A program made the translations under genes and the position numbers. A stretch of DNA of 64,000 nucleotides from Heterodontus francisci (taxonomy: Eukaryota): the NCBI RefSeq assembly GCF_036365525.1, contig NW_027141721.1, positions 186,001 to 250,000 of the forward strand. The letters run 5' to 3'. The notes under the pieces are model-generated. The model was not told where the DNA came from. It searched no databases and saw nothing but the letters and a program-made list of their open reading frames with translations. This document shows positions 27,101-42,100 of the stretch, piece after piece (the stretch's first letter is position 1; each line of letters begins with the position of its first letter).

Positions 27101-30100
27101 GAATAAAGTGTCTGAAACACAAAGTGTACTTCACTGAAACTCTAGGGAACTGAACTCTGCTGTCCCTGTCTATCAGGCACTCTGATCCCTGCAGTGTTCA
27201 TGGCTCACGTCAGGTCCCCACTGCAGTGCTGGATACCTCACACTCCCTCTCCAGGAAACAATGTTCACGAGGAGTCAGATTGGATAGTCGAGGGTTTGAT
27301 AAAGATGAAAATCTGACACTGTCTGGACTCGAGTACTAAATACATGAGCTCTTCGGGTTTCCTCCTCTCCGCCCTCTTCCTTTATTACAGATCCAGAGAC
27401 TGCCACAACTGAGGAACCCGAGGAACAATCAACTCGAGAATCCACGAGGGGATCATCGTCTACCCCAGCGGTGTCTGGAACATCAGGTACCCCCCTTGTG
27501 GGCCCATTCGAAACAGATTCCACACCCAATGTTACATCATAGAAGATCAGTCCTGGAGATCATCCAGTCTCTTACTGAGGGAAGTGGGATGGAGTGACTG
27601 AGGGGAGTGGAATGTAGTGACTGAGGGGAGTGGATGGGGCGACTGAGGGGAGTGGAATGGGGTGACTGAGGGGAGTGGGATGGGGTGACTGAGGGGGAGT
27701 GGGATGTAGTGATTGAGGGGAGTGGGATGTAGTGACTGAGGGGAGTGGGATGTAGAGACTGCGGGGAGTGGCATGCAGTGATTAAGGGGAGTGGGATGAT
27801 GTAATTGAGGGGATTGGGATGTAGTGAAGGAGGGGAGTGGGATGAAGTAATTGAGGGGAGTGGGATGCAGTGACAGAGGGGAGTGGGATGCAGTGACGGA
27901 GGGGAGTGGGATGATGTAATTGAGGGGAGTGGGATTTAGTGACTAAGGGGATTGAGAAGATGTGATTGCGGGGAGTGGGATGCAATGACTGAGGGCAGTG
28001 ACATTTTATGACTGGGGAAAATGTAATGCAGTTCCTGTGCCAACTGGGATGCGGTGAGTGTGGACAGTGGATTGTCTCACAATGGTTTTCATATAGACTA
28101 GCATCTGTGATTTACTGTACTCTAATCTATCCAGTTCGAGCTTCCTCTCACTCCTGCTCTCCCCCATGTTTCTTTCCCTTTATTACACATCCAGAGACTT
28201 CAACAACCTCAAGAACCAAGGAGCAAACAACTCCACACTCCATTGAGAAATCACCATCTAACCCAATCGATACTTTCACCTCAGGTGTCAGTTTTGTGTT
28301 GATCAAGCAGGACGGGTAGATTCTTACACTGACTGCCTGATTTGGGTGAATGGAATCTACCGCACAGTAAGAGGCCACTCGGCCCCTCTTGCTACTCCTC
28401 TTTATCCAACCTTATCCCTCTTTTCCTTTCTCCTTCAGGTGTTTAACCAGATTTACCTCAAATTTCATTGCCCTGGACAATTCAGGATTAATTCTACATT
28501 CTCACTACACCTTGGTGTACTTGTCCATAGTTCACTGAAGGCAGCAGCACAGGTAGATCATGTGGTTTGGAAGGTATATGGGATACTTGCCTGTCTTAGC
28601 CGAGGCACAGAATATAAGAGCAGGGCGGTTATGATGGAGCTGTACAAAACACTAGTTAGGCCACAGCTGGAGTACTGAGAACAGTTCTGGGCACCACACT
28701 ATAGGAAGGATGTGATTGCACTGGAGAGGGTGCAGAGGAGATTCACCAGGAGGTTGCCTGGGCTGGAGCATTTCAGCTGTTAAGAGAGGCTGGCTAGGCT
28801 ATGGTTGTTTTCCTTAGAGCAGAGAAGGCTGAGGGGGGACCTGATTGAGGTATACAAAATTATAAAGGGCATTGATCGGTTAGATTGGAAGAAACTATTT
28901 CCCTTAGCGGAGGGGTCAGTAACCAGGGGGAATAGACTTAAGATAAAAGGCAAGAGGTTTATAGGCGATTTGAGGAAACAGATTTTCACCCTGAGGGTGG
29001 TTGGAATCTGGAACACACTGTCTGAAGAGGTGGTAGAGGCAGGAACCCTCACAACATTTAATAAGTATGTAGATAAGCACTTGAAACGCCGCAGCATACA
29101 TGATTACGGGCCAAGTGCTGGAAAATGGGATTAGAATAGCTACGTGCTTGATGATCGGCATGGACACGATGGGCCGAAGGGCCTGTTTCCATGCTGTATA
29201 ATTGTATGAGTCTAGGGCTGTGACGCACTTTTCAGTAAAGAGGCTTCCTCTGAAATCACCACTGGATTTACTTGTGACTGTTTTATTTTCTATCCCTCTC
29301 TCTCCACCCTCCTCTCCCACTGCCTCTTTCTGCACTTCCTGTCAGTATCTCTTTTGCTCTCTGTGTATCTTTCTCTTTATATCTCTATATTTGCTCTCTC
29401 TCTCTGTCTGCCATTTTCACTTAGTCTCTGTCTATCTCTATCTGACAATTTCGTTTTCCCTCTGTCTCTCTCTTTATCTCTGTAACTCACTGCTCTCCCC
29501 ATTTCGCTTCTTCTCTCGCTGTCTGTATCTGTTGCTCTCACTCTCGGACTCTTTCTTGATCTCTCACATTTTCTATCGCTCTCTTTCTTCTCATTTTTCT
29601 CTCCCTCTGTTGCCCTCTTTCACTCTGTCTCCCACTCTCACTGTCTCTAACTCTCACACGTTATCTCTCACTCACAGTGACTGAGGGCAGTGGGATGCAT
29701 TGACTGAGGGGAGTGGGATGCATTGACTGAGGGGAGTGGGATGTAGTGACTAAGGGGAGTGCAATGTAATGGCAGAGGATGGTGGGGTGTAATGACTGAG
29801 AAGAGTGGGATAGACTGATGGAGGTGAATGGAATGCAATGACTGAGGGGACTGGGATGGAGTGGCTGAGCGGAGTTGTGTGAAAGGTTTGAGGGGAGTGA
29901 GTTGTAGTGAATGAGGGGAGTGGAATACTGTGACTGATATTAGATCCAGAGAGTGAGGGAGAGTGGGAGGCAGTGACGGAGGGGCTTGGGATGCCGTGAC
30001 TGAGGGCAGTGCGATGGCCTGACTGAGGGAGTGGGATGTTGTGACTGAGGGAAGTGGGAGTGCGAGTTAGAGCCTGAGAGTAGTGGGATGTAGTGACAGA

Positions 30101-33100
30101 GGGAGGTGGGATGCAGTGACTGAGGGGAGTGGGATAGACTAACGGAGCTGAGTGGGATGTAGTGACCTATGGGAGTGGGATGCGGTGACTGAGGGGAGTG
30201 GAATGTAGAGACCGAGGGTTGTGGGTTACACAGGCTGAGGGGAGTGTAACACAGTGACTGAGGGGAGAGTGATACAGTGACTGAGGGGAGTGGGATACAG
30301 TGACTGAGGGGAGTGGGATACAGCGAAAGAGGGGAGTGGGATACAGCGACTGAGGGGAGTGGGATACAGCGACGGAGGGGCATGGGACACAGCAACTGAG
30401 GGGAGTGGGATACAGTGACTGAGTGGAGTGGGATACAGTAATGTCATGATCAGGATGGAAGATGATGGATTTATAAAGATTGATATCTCACTTTCTCCTG
30501 ACACTAGTACCATCCTGTTGAAATGTTGTGTTTTTCTCCATCTCTCACTCTGCAATGTTTCCCTCCCTTTATTACAGAGCCCATGACTTCCCAAACTCAG
30601 GAATCCGAGGAACAATCGACTGGAGAATCCACTGAGGTTTCATCCTCTATCCCAGTGGGCTCTGGAACCCCAGGTATCTGCCGTGCCGGATTATAATTAC
30701 AGAAAGATGGAATCAGAGACTGGTTACAGCACAGAAAGAGGCCATTCAGCCCATCGTCACCGTGCCAGCTCTCTGCCAGAGCAATCCACCTACTCGCACT
30801 CCTGCCATTTCCCCATCACCCAGCAGATTGTTTCTCCTATGATAATTTTCCAATTCCCTTTTGAAAGCCTCAATTGAACCTGCCTCCAGCGCACTCACAG
30901 GCAGTGCATTCCAGACCCTAACCACTCGCTGTGTGAAAAGGTTTTCCTGTCTCTGTTGCGACTTTTACCACTCACCTAAAACCGGTGTCCTCTGGTTCTG
31001 GATTCTACCACCAATGGGAACAGTTTCTCCCTGTCAGCTCTGTCCACATCCCTCGCGATTTTGAACACCTCGATCAAATCTTCTCTTAATCTTCTCTTCT
31101 CCAGGGAGAACAGCCCCATCTTCTCCAATCTATCCAAGTAACTGACGTCCCTCATCCTGGGAACCATTCTCGTAAATCATCTCCGCACCCTCTCGAATAC
31201 CTTAACGTCCTTCCTAAGTATTCACCGCTCTCTGTCTTGCCACCTTCAATGATTTGTGCACACGTACGCCCAGGTCCCTCTGCCCCTGCACCCCCTTTAC
31301 AATTGTATCCTTTATTTTATATTGCCTCTCCTCGTTCGTCCGACCAAAATGAATCACTTCACAATTCTCTGCATTAAATTTCATCTGTCACTTGCCTGCC
31401 CATTCCACAGGTCTGTCTATGTCCACTTGAAGTCCATCACTATCCTTCTCACTGTTCACAATACTTCCAGGTCTTGTGCCCTCCACAACTTTTGAAATTC
31501 TGCCCTGTACACACAAATGCAACACATTAATATACATCAAGAAAAACAGGGTTCGATCAATATTAAAGAGTAAAACACAGATGCACAGAGAATTAGGAGG
31601 GACAGATAACACTGGAGTAGAAAAGAGTAACGTATTGGACTGGGACAGTGCAAGAGGGATGGTGATGAGCTGAAAATTCAGTTTAATGTGTGTATATGGA
31701 TGCACGGAGAGTGGTAAATAAGGTTGTTGAGCTGCAGGCGCAGATAGCCACGTGGAAATATGCTGTTGTGGCAATAACCGAGTCCTGGTTCCAAGAGAGG
31801 CAGGACTGGGTAGTGAATATTCCTGACAAGGTGTTCAGGAAAGAGAGGGAAGGAAGGAAAGGAGGAGGGGCATCAGTATTGTTTAAGGGGAGAATTACAG
31901 TGCTGGAAGAAGATGATGTCGGAGAGGAACCAAGGATAGAATCCATCAGATTAAAGTGAAACAACGAAAGAAATACCATGACCTTTCTGGGTGTATGTTA
32001 TAGGCCAACAACTAGTGGGAAAGATATAGATGAACAGATTTGCATAGAGCAACCAAGAGATGCAAGAGTTAAAGTGTAGATATATCATTGGGCTATAATT
32101 ATCTGAATATACTCTGGAATAGTAATAGTGTAAACGGCAGAGAGGGACAAGAGTTTCTCGAGTGTGTTCAGGAGAATTTCCTACGTCAGTTTGTTTCAAG
32201 TCCAACGAGGAAGGAGGCATTGCTGGATCTGGTTCTGGGAAATGAGGTTGGACAAGTGAATTAAGGGTCAGCCGGGGAACATTTGGGGACAGTGACCAGC
32301 GTATCATGTGGTTTAGGTTGGTAATGGAAAAGGACAAGGAGAAATGCGGAGGAAAGATAATTCAGTGAGGGAGAACCAATCTCAATAGAGTGAGAACAGA
32401 TCTGACCCAAATAATCTGGAATCATATTACAGATTCCCACACTGTGACGCCTGAAGTGCTCATTCCAAGAGACGCATCCAGTCTCTTAATGATGGAGTGT
32501 GGGGCAATGATAGAGGGCAGTTGGAAAACAGTGACAGAGGGGAGTGGGATGAAGTGACTGAAGGGAGTGTGATACAGTGACTGAGGGGATGGGACACAGT
32601 TACTGAGGGGAGTGTGATACAGCGACTGAGGAGAGTGTGATACAGCGACTGAGGGGAGAGTGAATCAGTGACTGAGGGGAGTGTGAAACAGTGACTGAGG
32701 GGAGTGTGATACATTGACTGAGGGGAGAGCGATACAGTGACTGAGGGGAGTGGGATCGGGCGACTGAGATGAGTGTGATACACTGACTGAGATGAGTGTG
32801 ATGCAGTGACTGAGGGGAGTGTGATAGAGACAGAGGGGAGTGTGACGCCGTGACTGAGGGGAGTTTGACACAATAATGTAGTGAACAGATGGAAGACTAT
32901 GGTTTTATAAAGATTGATATCTGACATTCTCCTGACACTAGTACCATCCTGTTGACCTATTGTGTTATCCTCCATGTCTCACTCTGCAATGTCTCCCTCC
33001 CTTTATTACAGAACCCGTGACTTACCAAACTCAGGAATCCGAGGAACAATCGACTGCAGAATCCACTGAGGGGCCCTCCTCTATCCCAGCGGGCTCTGGA

Positions 33101-36100
33101 AGCTCAGGTATCTGCCTTGTGGGGTTATCATCGCAGAATCATGGAATCATAAACCGGTTACAGCACAGAAAGAGGCCGTTCAGACAATCGTCACCGTGCC
33201 AGCTCTCTGCCTGAGCAACTCAACTGCTCCCACTCCTGCAATTTCCCCATCTCCCTGCAGATTGTTTCTCCTGTGATAATTATCCAATTCCCTTTTGAAA
33301 GCCTCAATTGAACCTGCCTCCAGCACAGTCTCAGGCAGTGCATTCCAGATCCTAACCACTCGCTGTGTGAAAAGGTTTTCCTGTCTCTGTTGCTACTTTT
33401 ACCACTCACTTAAAGCCGGTGCCCTCTGGTTCTGGATCCTCCCACCAATGGGAACAATTTCTCCCTGTCTACTCTGTCCACATCCCTCGTGATTTTGAAC
33501 ATCTCGATTAAATCTCTTCTTAAGCTTCTCTTCTCCAGGGACAAGAGCCCCAGCTTCTCCAATGTATCCATGTAACTGACGTCCCTCATCCCAGGAACCA
33601 TTCTCGTAAATCATTTCCGCACCCTCTCGAATACCTTCACATCCTTCCGAACGTATTAACCGCTCTCTGGACCTGTCTTGCCACCTTCAATGATTTGTGC
33701 ACACGTACGCCCAGGTCCCTCTGCCCCTGCACCCCCTTTGCAATTGTATCCTTTATTTTATATTGCCTCTCCTCGTTCGTCCGACCAAAATGAATCACTT
33801 CACAATTCTCTGCGTTAAGTTTCATCTGCCACTGTCTGCCAATCCCACCAGCCTGTCTATAACCTCCTGACGTCTATCACTATCCTCCTCACAGTTTACA
33901 ATACTTCCAGGTTTTGTGTCATCTGCAAATTTTGAAATTGTGGCATGTACGCCCCAGTCTATGTCATTAATATACACCAGGGAAAACAGGGGTCCGAGCA
34001 ATATTACAGATCAAAACACAGATGCACAGAGAGTTAGGAGGGACAGATAACACTGGAGTAGAAAAGAGTAACGTATTAGACAGGGACAATGTAAGAGGGA
34101 AGGTGATGAGCTGTAAATTCAGTTCAATGTGTGTGTATATGAGAATGCAATGAGAGTGGTAAAAAAGGTTGTTGAGCTGCAGGCGCAGATAGCCATGTGG
34201 AAATATGATGTTGTGTCAATAACAGAGTCCTGGCTCTAAGAGGGGCAGGACCTGGTAGTGAATATTCCTGACTACAATGTGCTCAGGAAAGGGAGGGATG
34301 GAAGGAAAGGAGGAGGGGTATCAGTATTGATAAAGAGGAACATTACAGTGCTGGAAAGAGATGATGTCGGAGAGGAACCAAGGATAGAATCCATCAGATT
34401 AGAATGAAACAAGGAAAGAAATACCATTACCTTTCTGGGTGTATTCTATAGGCCAACAAGTAGTGGGAAAGATATAGAGGAACAGATTTGCATGGAGCAA
34501 CCAAGAAGTGCAAGAGTTAAAGTGTAGATATATCGTTGGGCTTTAGTTGTCTGAATATAGACTGGGATAGTAATAGTGTAAAGGGCAGAGAGGGACAAGA
34601 ATTTCTAGAGTGTGTCCAGAAGGATTCCCTCCGTCAGTTTGTTTCCAGTCCAACGAGGAAGGAGGCATTGCTGGATCTGGTTCTGGGAAATGTGGTTGGA
34701 TAAGTGAATTATGGGTCAGTCGGGGAACATTTAGGGGACAGTGACCATCATATCATGTGGTTTAGGTTGGCAATGGAAAAGGACAATGAGAAATCCGGAG
34801 GAAAGATAATTCATTGAGGGAGAACCAATCTCAGTAGAGTGAGAACAGATCTGACCCAAATAAACTGGAATAATATTATAGACACACATAGTGTGATACC
34901 TGACGTGCTCAGTCTCAGTGACCCATCCAGTCTCTTACTGATGGAGTGTGGGGAAATGACAGAGGGCAGTGGGATATAATGACCGAGGGGAGTGGGATGT
35001 ACTGTCTGAGGGGTGAGGGATGTAATGACTGAGGGGAGAGGGATATAGTGACTGTGGGCAGTGGGATATAGTGAGTGAGGGGAGAGGGATGCAGTGACTG
35101 AGGGGAATGGGACATCGTGACTGAGGGGAGTTGGATATAGTGACTGTGGGCAGTGGGACATAGTGATTGAGGGTACTGTGATAAAGTGACTGAGGGGAGT
35201 ATGATACAGTCACTGAGGGGAGTGGGATGCTGCGACTGAGGGCTGTTTGATAGTGTGACTGTGGGGAGTGGGATACAGTGACTGAGAGGAGTGTGATACA
35301 GTGACTGAGAGAGTGTGATGCAGTGACTGAGGGGCGTGTGATGCAGTGACTGAGGGGAGTGTAATACAGCGACTGAGGAGAGTCTGATACAGCGACTGAG
35401 GGGAGTGAGATACAGCGACTGGCGTGTGTGTGATACAGTGACTGAGGTGAGTGTGATACAGTGAGTGAGGGGAGTGTGATATAGGGACTGAGGTGATTGT
35501 GATTGAGTGACTGAGGGGAATGTGATACAGTGACTGAGGGGAGTGTGATATAGTGACTGAGATGAGTGTGATGCAGTGACTGAGGGGAGCGTGACGCCGT
35601 GACTGAGGGGAGTGTGACACAGTAATGTATTGAACAGGATGGAAGATTATGGTTTTATAAAGATTGTTATCTGTCATTCTCCTGACACGAGCACCATCCT
35701 GTTGACCTGATGTGTGTTTCTCCATGTCTCACTTGGCAATGTCTCCCTCCCATTATGACAGAACCCGTGACTTCCCAAACTTAGGAATCCGAGGAACAAT
35801 CGACTAGAGAATCTACTGAGGTTTCATCCTCCACCCCAGCGGGCTCTGGAAGCTCAGGTACCTGCCTTGTGGTGTTATCATCGCAGAATCATGGAATCAG
35901 AGACTGGTTACAGCACAGAAAGAGCCCGTTGAGCCCATCGTCACTGTGACAGCTCGACGCCTGTGCAACTAACCTACTCCCACTCCTGCTATTTCCCCGT
36001 CGCACTGCAGATTGTTTCGCCAATGACAATTTTCCAATTCCCTTTTGAAAGCCTCAATTGAACCTACCTCCAGCACACTCTCAGGCAGTGCATTTCAGAT

Positions 36101-39100
36101 CCTAACCACACGCTGTGTGAAAAGGTTTTACTGTCTCTGTTGTAATTTTTACCACTCACCTAAAACCGGTGCCCTCTGGTTCTGGATCCTCCCACCAATG
36201 GGACTTAGGGGTGTGGGGCATAGTTACTGGGGGAGAGGGATGTAGTGACTGAGGGGAGAAGGTTGCACTGACCGAGGTGAGTGGGATATAGTGACTGAGG
36301 GCAGTGGGACATTGTGACTGAGGGCAGTGGGATATAGTGAGTGAGGGGAGAGGGATGTAGTGACTGAGGGGAGTGGGACAGAGTGACTTAGGGTAGTGGG
36401 ATATAGTGAGTGAGGGGAGAAGGATGTAGTGACTGAGGGGAGTGGGACATAGTGACTTAGGGTAGTGGGATATAGTGAGTGAGGGGAGAAGGATGTAGTG
36501 ACTGAGGGGAGTGGGACATAGTGACTGAGGGGAGAGGGATATAGTCATTGAGGGCAGTGGGACATAGTGACTGAAGGCAGTGGGATATAGTGATTGAGGG
36601 CACTGGGATGTAGTAACTGAGCGGAGTGGGACGTAGTGACTGAGGGCCGTGGGATATAGTGACTTAGGGCAGTGGGATGTATTGACTTTGCGGAGTGGGA
36701 TGTGGTAACTGCTGAGAGTGGGATGTAGTGACTGAGGTGAGTGGGATACAGTGACTGAGGGGAGTGGGATACAGAGACTGAGGGTAGTATGATGCAGTGT
36801 CTGAGGGGAGTGGAATACAGCAACTGAGGGGAGTGTGATGCAGTCACTGAGGGTAGTATGATACAGTGTCTGAGGGGAGTATGAAACAGTCACTGAGGGG
36901 AGTGTGATGCAGCGACTGAGGGTAGTGAGATACAGTGTCTGAGGGGAACTTGATACAGTGACTGAGGGTAGTGTGATGCAGTGACAGAGGGGGTGTGATA
37001 CAGTGAGTGAGGGGAGTGTGATACAGTGACTGAGGGGAATGTGATCCAGTGACTGAGGGGAGTGTGATACAATGACAGAGGAAGTGTGATACAGTGACAG
37101 AGTGGAGTCTGACACAGTGAGTGAGGGGAGTGTGATACAGTGACTGAGGGGAGTGTGATGCAGTACAGAGGGAAGTGTGATACTGTGACTGAGCGAGTGT
37201 GACACAGTGACTGAGGGGAGTGTGATACAGTGTCTGAGGGGAGTGTGATACAGTGTCTGAGGGGAGTGCGATACAGTGACTGAGGGGAATGTGATACATG
37301 ACTGAGGGGAGTGTGATACAGAGTCTGAGGGGAGTATGAAACAGTCACTGAGGGGAGTGTGATGCAGCGACTGAGGGTAGTATGATACAGTGTCTGAGGG
37401 GAACTTGTTACAGTGACTGAGGTTAGTGTGATGCAGTGACAGAGGGAGTGTGATACAGTGACAGAGGGGAATGTGATACAGTGAGTGAGGGGAGTGTGAT
37501 GCAGTGACTGAGGGGAATGTGATACAGTGACTGAGGGGAGTGTGATACAATGACAGAGGAAGTGTGATACAGTGACAGAGTGGAGTCTGACACAGTGAGT
37601 GAGGGGAGTGTGATACAGTGACTAAGGGGAGTGTGATGCAGTGACAGAGGGAAGTGTGATACTGTGACTGAACGAGTGTGACACAGTGACTGAGGGGAGT
37701 GTGATGGAGTGACTCAAGGACTGTGATACAGTGTCTGAGGGGAGTAGGATACGGTCACTGAGGGGAGTGGGATGCAGCGACTGAGTGTACTGTGACACCG
37801 TGACTGAGGGGAGTATGATACAGTCACTGAGGGGAGTGGGATGCAGCGAATGACGGTAGTGTGATCGAGTGACTGTGGGGAGTGGAATACATTGACTGAG
37901 AGGAATGTGATATAGTGACTGAGGGAAGTGTGATACAGTGACTGAGAGAGTGTGATGCAGTGACTGAGGGGAGTGTGATGCAGTGACTGAGGTGAGTGTG
38001 ATACAGTGACTGAGGTGAGTGGGATACAGTGAGTGAGGGGAGTATGATATAGTGACTGAGGTGAGTGTGATGCAGTGACCGCTGGGAGTGTGATGCAGTG
38101 ACTGCTGGGAGTGTGATACAGTGACTGAGGGGAGTGTGACGCAGTAATGTAGTGAACAGGATGGAAGATAATGGTTTTATAAAGATTGTTATCTGTCATT
38201 CTCCTGACACGAGCACAATCCTGTTGACCTGATGTGTTTTTCTCCATGTCCCGCTTTGCAATGTCTCCCTCCCTTTAATACAGAACCCGTGACTTCCCAA
38301 ACTCAGGAATCCGAGGAACAATCGACTAGAGAATCTACTGAGGTTTCATCCTCCACCCCAGCGGGCTCTGGAAGCTCAGGTACCTGTCATGTGGGGTCAT
38401 CATCGCAGAATCATGGTATCAGTGACTGGTTACAGCACAGGAAGAGGCCATTGAGCCCATCATCACCTTGACAGCTCTATGCCTGTGCAACTCATCTACA
38501 CCCACTCCTGCAATTTCCCCGTCGCACTGCAGATTATTTCTCCAATGACAATTTTCCAATTCCCTTTTGAAAGCCTCAATTGAACCTGCCTCCAGCACAC
38601 TCTCAGGAAGTGCATTTCAGATCCTAACCACTCGCTGTGTGAAAAGGTTTTCCTGTCTCTGTTGTGACTTTTACCACTCACCTAAAACCGGTGCCCTCCA
38701 GTTCTGGATCCTCCCACCAATGGGACTTAGGGGAGTGGGGCATAGTTAGTGGGGGAGATGGATGTAGTGACTGAGGGGAGAAGGTTGCACTGACCGAGGT
38801 GAGTGGGATATAGTGACTGAGGGCAGTGGGGCATAGTGACTGAGGGCAGTGGGATATAGTGAGTGAGGGGAGAGGGATGTAGTGACTGAGGGGAGTGGGA
38901 CAGAGTGACTTAGGGTAGTGGGTTATAGTGAGTGAGGGGAGAGGGATGTAGTGACTGAGGGGAGTGGGACATAGTGACTGAGGGGAGTGGGATGTAGTTA
39001 CTGAGGGCAGCTGGACATAGTGATTGAGGGCAGTGGGATGTCGTGACTGAGGGGAGTGAGACATAGTGAATGAGGGGAGTGGGATATAGTGAGTGAGGGG

Positions 39101-42100
39101 AGAGGGATATAGTGACTGAGGGGAGTGGGATATAGTTACTGAGGGCAGTAGGACATAGTGATTGAGGGCAGTGGGATATAGTCATCGAGGGGTGCGGAAC
39201 ATAGTGACTGAGGGGAGTGGGATATAGTCATTCAGGGGAGTGGGATATAGTCATTGTGGGCAGTGGGACATAGTGACTGAGGGCAGTGGAACATAGTCAC
39301 TGAGGTGAGTGGGATATAGTGACTGATGGGATATGGATGCAGTGATTGAGGGCAGTGGGAGATAGTCACTGAGCAGAGTGGGTCGTAGTGACTGAGGGCA
39401 GTGGGTTATAGTGACTGTGGGCAGTGGTATGTATTCACTGTGCAGAGTGGGATGTGGTAACTGCGGAGTGTGGGATGCAGTGACTGAGGTGAGTGGGATA
39501 CAGTGACTGAGGTGAGTGTGATACAGTGACTGAGGGCAGTGGGATACAGTGACTGAGAGGAGTTGATACAGTGACTGAGATATTGTGATGCAGTGACTGA
39601 GGTGAGTGTGATGCAGTGACTGCTGGGAGTGTGATACAGTGACAGAGGGGAGTGTGATGGAGACTGAGGGGAGCGTGACGCCGTGACTGAGGGGATTGTG
39701 ATGGAGACTGAGGGGAGCGTGACGCCGTGACTGAGGGGAGTGTGACGCAGTAATGTCGTGAACAGGATGGAAGATAATGGTTTTATAAAGATTGTTATCT
39801 GTCATTCTCCTGACACGAGCACCATCCTGTTGACCTGATGTGTTTTTCTCCATGTCTCACTTTGCAATGTCTCCCTCCCTTTACTACAGAACCCGTGACT
39901 TCCCAAACGCAGGAATCCGAGGAACAATCGACTAGAGAATCTACTGAGGTTTCATCCTCCACCCCAGCGGGCTCTGGAAGCTCAGGTACCTGCCTTGTGG
40001 TGTTATCATCGCAGAATCATGGAATCAGAGACTGGTTACAGCACAGAAAGAGGCCGTTCTGCCCATCGTCACTGTGCCAGCTCTCTGCCTGAGCAACTCA
40101 CCTACTCCCACTCCTGCCATTTCCCCATCTCCCTGCAGATTGTTTCTCCGATGATAATTATCCAATTCCCTTTTGAAGGCCTCAATTGAACCTGCCTCCA
40201 GCACACTCTCAGGCAGTGCATTTCAGATCCTAACCACTCGCTGTGTGAAAAGATTTTCCTGTCTCTGTTGTGACTTACATCACTCACCTAAAACCGGTGC
40301 CCTCTAGTTCTGGATCCTCGCACCAATGGGACTGAGGGGAGTGGGACATAGTTACTGAGGGGAGAGTGATGCAGTGACTGAGGGGAGAAGGTTGCACTGA
40401 CCGAGGGGAGTGGGATATAGTGACTGAGGGCAGTGGGACATAGTGACTGAGGGTAGTGTGATACAATGACAGAGGAAGTGTGATACAGTGACTGAAAGAG
40501 TGTGATACAGTGACTGAGAGAGTGTGACACAGTGACAGAGGGAAGTAGGATACAGTGACTGAATGTTTGGGATACAGTGACTGAGGGGATTGTGATACTG
40601 TGACAGCGGGGAGTGTGATACAGTGACTCCGGGAGTGTGATACAGTGATTGAGGGGAGTACGATAAAGTTACAGAGGGGAGTGTTATACACTGACTGAGG
40701 GGATTGGGAAACAGTGACTGAAGGGAGTGTGATCCAGTGACTGGAGGAGTGTGATACAGAGACTGAGGGGAGTGTGATACAGTGTCTGAGGGTAGGATGA
40801 TACAGTCACTGAGGGGAGTGCGATGCAGCGACTGAGGGTAGTGTGATGCAGTGTCTGAGGGGGATGTGATACAGTGACAGAGGGGAGTGTGATACAGTGA
40901 CTGAGGGGAGTGCGATAAAGTTACGGAGTGGAGTGTTATACACTAACTGAGGGGATTGGGATACAGTGACTGAAGGGAGTGTGATACAGTGATTGAGGGG
41001 AGTGCGATAAAGTTACGGAGTGGAGTGTTATACACTAACTGAGGGGATTGGGATACAGTGACTGAAGGGAGTGTGATACAGTGACTGAGGGCTGTGGGAT
41101 GCAGTGACTGAGGGGAGTAGGATACAGACACAAAGGGGAGTGGGATGCAGCGACTGAGGGTAGTGTGATACAGTGACTGAGGGGAGTGTGATACAGTCAC
41201 TGAGGAGAGGGGAATGCAGCGACTGAGGGGAGTGGTTTACAGTGACTGAAGGGAGTGTGATACAGTGACTGAGGGGTGTGGGATGCAGTGACAGAGGGGA
41301 GTAGGATACAGACACTGAGGGGAGTGGGATGCAGCGACTGAGGGTAGTGTGATACAGTGACTGAGGGGAGTATGATACAGTCACTGAGGAGAGTGGAATG
41401 CAGCGACTGAGGGGAGTGGGATAGAGTGACTGAAGGGAGTGTGATACAGTGACTGAGGGGTGTGGGATGCAGTGACTGAGGGGAGTAGGATACAGTCACT
41501 GAGGGGAGTGGGATGCAGCGACTGAGGGTAGTGTGATACAGTGACTGAGGGGAGTGTGATACAGTCACTGAGGAGAGGGGAATGCAGCGACTGAGGGGAG
41601 TGGTTTACAGTGACTGAAGGGAGTGTGATACAGTGACTGAGGGGTGTGGGATGCAGTGACTGAGGGGAGTAGGAAACAGTCACTGAGCGGAGTGGGATGC
41701 AGCCACTGAGGGTAGTGTGTTACAGTGACTGAGGGGAGTATGATACAGTCACTGAGGAGAGTGGAATGCAGCGACTGAGGGGAGTGTGATAGAGTGACTG
41801 AGGGGAGTGTGATAGAGTGACTGAGGGGAGTGTGATACAGTGACTAAGGGGAGCATTATACAGTGGCTGAGAGAGTGTGATACGGTGACTGGGGGAGAGT
41901 GATACAGTGACTGTGGGGAGTGTGATACACTGTCTGAGGAGAGTAGGATGCAGTGACTGAGGGGAGTGTGATGCAGTGTCTGAGGAGAGTGTGATACAGT
42001 GACTGAGGGGAGTGTGATGCAGTGACTGAGGGGAGTGTGATACAGTGACTGAGGGGAGTGTGATGCAGTGACTGAGGGGAGTGTGATACAGTGACTGAGG

